A stretch of DNA of 63,995 nt, counting the filler, from Acidimicrobiia bacterium (GTDB taxonomy: Bacteria > Actinomycetota > Acidimicrobiia > Spongiisociales > CAZKJJ01), in NCBI GenBank assembly GCA_046759765.1. It is 14 parts of 14 records of this genome, joined end to end, with 100 filler letters (N's around TTAATTAATTAA, not from the genome) between each part and the next. Parts side by side here need not be neighbours in the genome. Positions count along the whole stretch, not along the records: positions 60,240 to 63,995 come from JBHICV010000201.1; 13 more parts are not named here. One strand, 5' to 3'. Below are positions 60,519-63,995 of this stretch, piece after piece. Numbering within the stretch: position 1 is the stretch's first letter; each line of letters opens with the position of its first letter. The notes beneath the pieces are model-generated. The model was not told the DNA's origin, ran no database searches, and worked only from the letters and a program-made list of their open reading frames with translations. The translations under genes and the position numbers were made by a program.

Positions 60519-63500
60519 TTACGGCCCCCACTCTACGAGCACCTCGATGTAGTCGGCCTTTGTCTTCTTGCCGTTGAAGGCGTTGTTCTTGATTCGAAGC
60601 TCCAGCCCGTCGATTCTGGCGTGGGTGCCGACCGCGCCGGTCACGTCCCAGGAGTCCTGCGCCTCGTTCTTCTCGTCCTTCCGGAGCAGGATCGAGGGGT
60701 TCGTGGACCAAACCTGGGGACTCGCCGGCCAGCCTGTGCCGGCCTGCCACTCCAGGCTCCCTTGGAAGTCATTCTCCTCCCAGTGCTCGACGCGCACCTC
60801 GACCTTCGTGATCTTCGCGCCGGCCGGTATCGCTACGTCGGAGAATTGATAGGAGGTGAAGTACCCTTCCTCGATCTCCCACCACTCGTTGTCGCTCGTC
60901 TGCACCGTGTAGGTCTTGCCGTCCTCCTCGAGGGTCTTCTCGTTCTTCTGGTCCCAGCCGTCAAGGACGGTCAGCACGGCCGAGCCGGGGGGGATGCTGG
61001 ACTTTTCGTTCACCGTGATCGTGACGGTGCCCGGGGCGCTGTCCACGGTGCCGTCGTTCGTCTTGAAGGTGAAGCTGTCGGTGCCGAAGAAGCCCGCGTT
61101 GGGGGTGTAGGTCAGGTTCGGGGCCGGTCCGCTCATCGTGCCGTTCGCGGGCAGAGTCAGCACGGTGAAGGTCAGGGGATCCCCGTCCGCGTCGCTCGCC
61201 GTCAAGGTGACGGCCACCGGAGTGTCCTGATCGGTGGTCACCGACTGGTCGTCGGCCGTGGGCGCGTCGTTCACCGCCGTCACCGTGATCGACACGGTGG
61301 CCGGCAGGCTGTCGGCCAGGCCGTCGTTCACCTTGAAGGTGAAGCTGTCCGAGCCGTTGAAGTCCGCCTTCGGCGCGTAGGTCAGGTTCGGGGCCGTGCC
61401 CGACAGCGTCCCGTTCGCGGGCTGGCTCAGCACGGTGAAGGTCAGGGGATCGCTGTCCAGGTCGCTCCCGGTCAGCGTGATCGCCTTCGGCGTATCCTCG
61501 GCCGTCGTCACCGACTGCGGATCGGCCGTTGGCGGGTTGTTCGGGGCCACGGTCATCGTCACCGTCCCCAGGTTGCTATCCAGCACGCCGTCGTTCGCCT
61601 TGAAGGTGAAGCTGTCGGTCCCGCTGAAGCCCGCGTTCGGGGTGTAGGTGAGGTTTGGAGGCGTGCCGCTCAGCAGCCCGTTGGTCGGAGCCGTCGCGAC
61701 TGCGTAGGTCAAGGGATCGCCGTCGGCGTCGCTCGCCGCCAGCGTGATTGCGACGGGCTCGCCCTGCTTCGTCGAGACCTGCTGGTCCTGGGCCACGGGC
61801 GCGTCGTTGACCGCGGTCACCGTGATCGAGACCGTGGCCGGGGCGCTGTCCACCGTGCCGTCGTTCACCTTGAAAGTGAAGCTGTCGGAGCCGTTGAAGT
61901 CCGCGTTCGGGCTGTAGGTGAGGTTGGGGGCCGTGCCGCTCAGCGTCCCGTTCGCGGGCTGGCTCAGCACGGTGAAGGTCAGGGGATCGCCGTCCAGGTC
62001 GCTCCCGGTCAGCGTGATCGCCTTCGGCGTATCCTCGGCCGTCGTCGCCGACTGCGGATCGGCGACGGGCGGCTGGTTGGTAGGCGCGGTGGTCCAGCTG
62101 ACGTACACGGAGATGTAGTCCACCAACGTCTTCTTGCCGTTGGTGCCGTTGTTGACGACCAAGAGCTCCAGGGCGTTGATTCGGGCCGGGGTGTTGACCG
62201 CGGCCGTCACGTCCCCGGAGTCTTGCGTCTCGTTGCTTTCGCCCTTCCGGAGCGGGACCGAGTCGTTCGTGGCCCACACCTGCGGGCTCGCCGGCCAGCC
62301 CGTGCCAGCCTGCCACCGCACGCTTCCCTTGAAGCCCTTCTCCTCCCAGTGCTCCACCTGGATCACGACCGAGGTGATGGTCGCGCCGGCCGGGACGGCG
62401 GCGTCGGAGAACTGATAGGAGGTGAAGAATGCATCCTCGGTCTCCCACCAGTCGTCGTCGCTGGCCTGCAGCACGTAGACCTTGCCTTCCTGCAGCAGAG
62501 TCGTTTCGTTCTTTTGGTCGTAGCCGTCGGTGACGGTGAGCGTCGCGGACTCACCGGGCGGAGGGGCCGAGGCGGCCGCCGCGTCGGCGTCCACGAGGCC
62601 GTTGCCGACCCACTCGGCGGGCAGCCCGAGGTCCTCGGCGGTCTGGTTCATCCGGTCGCGGACCTCGTCGTTGATCCGTCCGTTGAGGTTCTGGTCCGTG
62701 ATCCCGGAGGCGATCACCAGGGCGCCGGTGCCGGCCACGTGTGGCGTGGCCATCGAGGTGCCGCTGCCGAGGCCGTACCCGCCCCCGAGCAGGGTCGAGT
62801 TGATGTCCACCCCCGGGGCCGCGATCTCCACGTCGGGGCCGGTGCTGGAGAAGCAGGGCACGCCGTCGGTGCTGTTCGTCGCCGCCACGGCGATGACCGA
62901 GGCGTACCTTGCGGGGAAGTTGACGCTGTCGCCGGTGCCGGCGCAGTTGCCGGCGTTGTCCGCCGCCGCCACGTTCAGGAGGCCGGCCGCCTCCGCGTTG
63001 TCGAAGGCCTGCTTGACCGTGAGTCCGGGGTCGCCCAGGCTGCCGTAGCTGTTGTTCGTGACCTGCATCCCGTTGTCCACGGCCCACTGCAGCGCGGCGA
63101 TGATGTCGCTGTAGTTCCCGTTGCCGAACTGGTCCAGCACCTTGAGGACGTAGAGGCTCGCCTCCGGGGCGACCCCCACCAGGCCCGCGTTGTCGTCCTC
63201 GGCCGCGATCGAGCCGGCCACGTGGGTGCCGTGGCCCTCGTCGTCCATCGGGTCGGCGTCGTTGTTGACGAAGTCGTGGCCGCCCGCGAAGTTGGCGTTG
63301 AGGTCCGGATGGATGTAATCGATCCCTGAGTCGAGGACCGCCACCTTCACCCCCAGACCGAGGTTGGCCCCGTCGTGCACGAGGCCGGAGCCGATGCGCT
63401 TGACGCCCCAGGAGTTGTCCAGCTCCGCGTCGAGGGCATGCACCTGGAGGTCCAGGTCCACCCTTTGCACGAGGAAGTTTTCCGTCAGCTCGACCAGGGC

Positions 63501-63740
63501 CGACTCGGGCACGGTCGCCGCGATGGCGGGGACCAGGTGGTAGACGTACTTGAGCGTGCCGCCCAGCTCGAGGATGTCCTCCACGTCGAAATCGTCCGGA
63601 TCGTCGTAGTAGGCGATGATGACGTCGACGGGCGCGCTCGAGCCCTGAGCGGCCGGGTTACCTTGCGCCGCCGCGGGGCGGGCCAGCGGCAGCGCGGCGA
63701 GAGTGAGGCTCAGGAAAACGGAAAGAGTTTTCTTTGCCAT
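60519..63740 (-). CDS. Secreted subtilisin (S8) with I9 prodomain, four Ig-like (Big_9/cadherin-like) repeats and a duplicated uncharacterised domain
   Basis: Signal peptide; VAVLDSG, HGTHVAG, GTSMATP triad; four N..P.A...D.DGDPLT...P.NGTLSG..PNLTY.P..F.G.DSFTFK.NDG repeats. Confidence 0.93.
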   Translation of the reverse strand: MAKKTLSVFLSLTLAALPLARPAAAQGNPAAQGSSAPVDVIIAYYDDPDDFDVEDILELGGTLKYVYHLVPAIAATVPESALVELTENFLVQRVDLDLQVHALDAELDNSWGVKRIGSGLVHDGANLGLGVKVAVLDSGIDYIHPDLNANFAGGHDFVNNDADPMDDEGHGTHVAGSIAAEDDNAGLVGVAPEASLYVLKVLDQFGNGNYSDIIAALQWAVDNGMQVTNNSYGSLGDPGLTVKQAFDNAEAAGLLNVAAADNAGNCAGTGDSVNFPARYASVIAVAATNSTDGVPCFSSTGPDVEIAAPGVDINSTLLGGGYGLGSGTSMATPHVAGTGALVIASGITDQNLNGRINDEVRDRMNQTAEDLGLPAEWVGNGLVDADAAAASAPPPGESATLTVTDGYDQKNETTLLQEGKVYVLQASDDDWWETEDAFFTSYQFSDAAVPAGATITSVVIQVEHWEEKGFKGSVRWQAGTGWPASPQVWATNDSVPLRKGESNETQDSGDVTAAVNTPARINALELLVVNNGTNGKKTLVDYISVYVSWTTAPTNQPPVADPQSATTAEDTPKAITLTGSDLDGDPLTFTVLSQPANGTLSGTAPNLTYSPNADFNGSDSFTFKVNDGTVDSAPATVSITVTAVNDAPVAQDQQVSTKQGEPVAITLAASDADGDPLTYAVATAPTNGLLSGTPPNLTYTPNAGFSGTDSFTFKANDGVLDSNLGTVTMTVAPNNPPTADPQSVTTAEDTPKAITLTGSDLDSDPLTFTVLSQPANGTLSGTAPNLTYAPKADFNGSDSFTFKVNDGLADSLPATVSITVTAVNDAPTADDQSVTTDQDTPVAVTLTASDADGDPLTFTVLTLPANGTMSGPAPNLTYTPNAGFFGTDSFTFKTNDGTVDSAPGTVTITVNEKSSIPPGSAVLTVLDGWDQKNEKTLEEDGKTYTVQTSDNEWWEIEEGYFTSYQFSDVAIPAGAKITKVEVRVEHWEENDFQGSLEWQAGTGWPASPQVWSTNPSILLRKDEKNEAQDSWDVTGAVGTHARIDGLELRIKNNAFNGKKTKADYIEVLVEWGP

Positions 63741-63908
63741 GGCGGGGCGTTGTCTACCATAGCATGACCGAACGTGAGAGCCACAATATCGAGCGTTCAA
63801 GAGAAGCCACGATGTCAATATCTTGGGGCTCTGTGAGTTTGGGATCCATTAACTTGGACAATACCACTGGTTTGTATAATTAGCAAGGTCATCTGAGCGG
63901 AGCAAGAC

Positions 63909-63995
63909 ATGCGGCGAGTTTCATGGCTGGTTTTCGTGTTTAGTCTCTTATGGGGATATTCGTGGGCCGAACCCCCCGAGCGGATTCAGGTGGTT
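63909..63995 (+). CDS. Start of a secreted protein, truncated by the window end
   Basis: MRRVSWLVFVFSLLWGYSWA signal peptide; GGAG RBS; TATAAT at 63875. Confidence 0.6.
   Translation, partial: MRRVSWLVFVFSLLWGYSWAEPPERIQVV

Noticed and set aside
60444..63329. 961-aa plus-strand ORF, and similar long antisense ORFs elsewhere
   Set aside because: Shadow frames of real genes, caused by high-GC codon bias.
63779..63816. Direct repeat AGCCACAATATC / AGCCACGATGTC upstream of the protease
   Set aside because: Only two imperfect copies and no regulator on the contig; cannot be assigned.

Overview
The window is not one continuous locus. It is 14 short contigs (about 4.3-4.7 kb, in decreasing length order) joined by 13 artificial 100-nt spacers (N-run + TTAATTAATTAA + N-run), typical of a fragmented metagenome-assembled genome. 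Most contigs look actinobacterial (Acidimicrobiia-like, by inference) and carry housekeeping genes: uvrA with an SOS box, uvrC-rapZ-yvcK, ychF, acnA, two Mrp paralogs, IscA/ErpA, the DivIVA/PDZ/UPF0182/tRNA-fMet cluster and ABC transporters. Two contigs (37783-42289 and 60240-63995) may come from other organisms. The main finding is a family of 28-bp dif-like sites with an 11-6-11 layout, best copy GGTACGCATAT-GTGCCG-ATATGGGCGGT. They sit between cargo genes and gene fragments in three accessory contigs (4776-9436, 42390-46774, 55801-60139), with the same polarity relative to the intact genes. This suggests an integron-like gene-cassette system driven by a Xer-type tyrosine recombinase, although no recombinase gene is in the window. 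Also present: an IS110 remnant with a structured, bridge-RNA-like left end, an IS481 element inserted into a REP-like palindrome, and several pseudogene fragments and chimeric contig ends. All calls come from reading the sequence; no database search was run.
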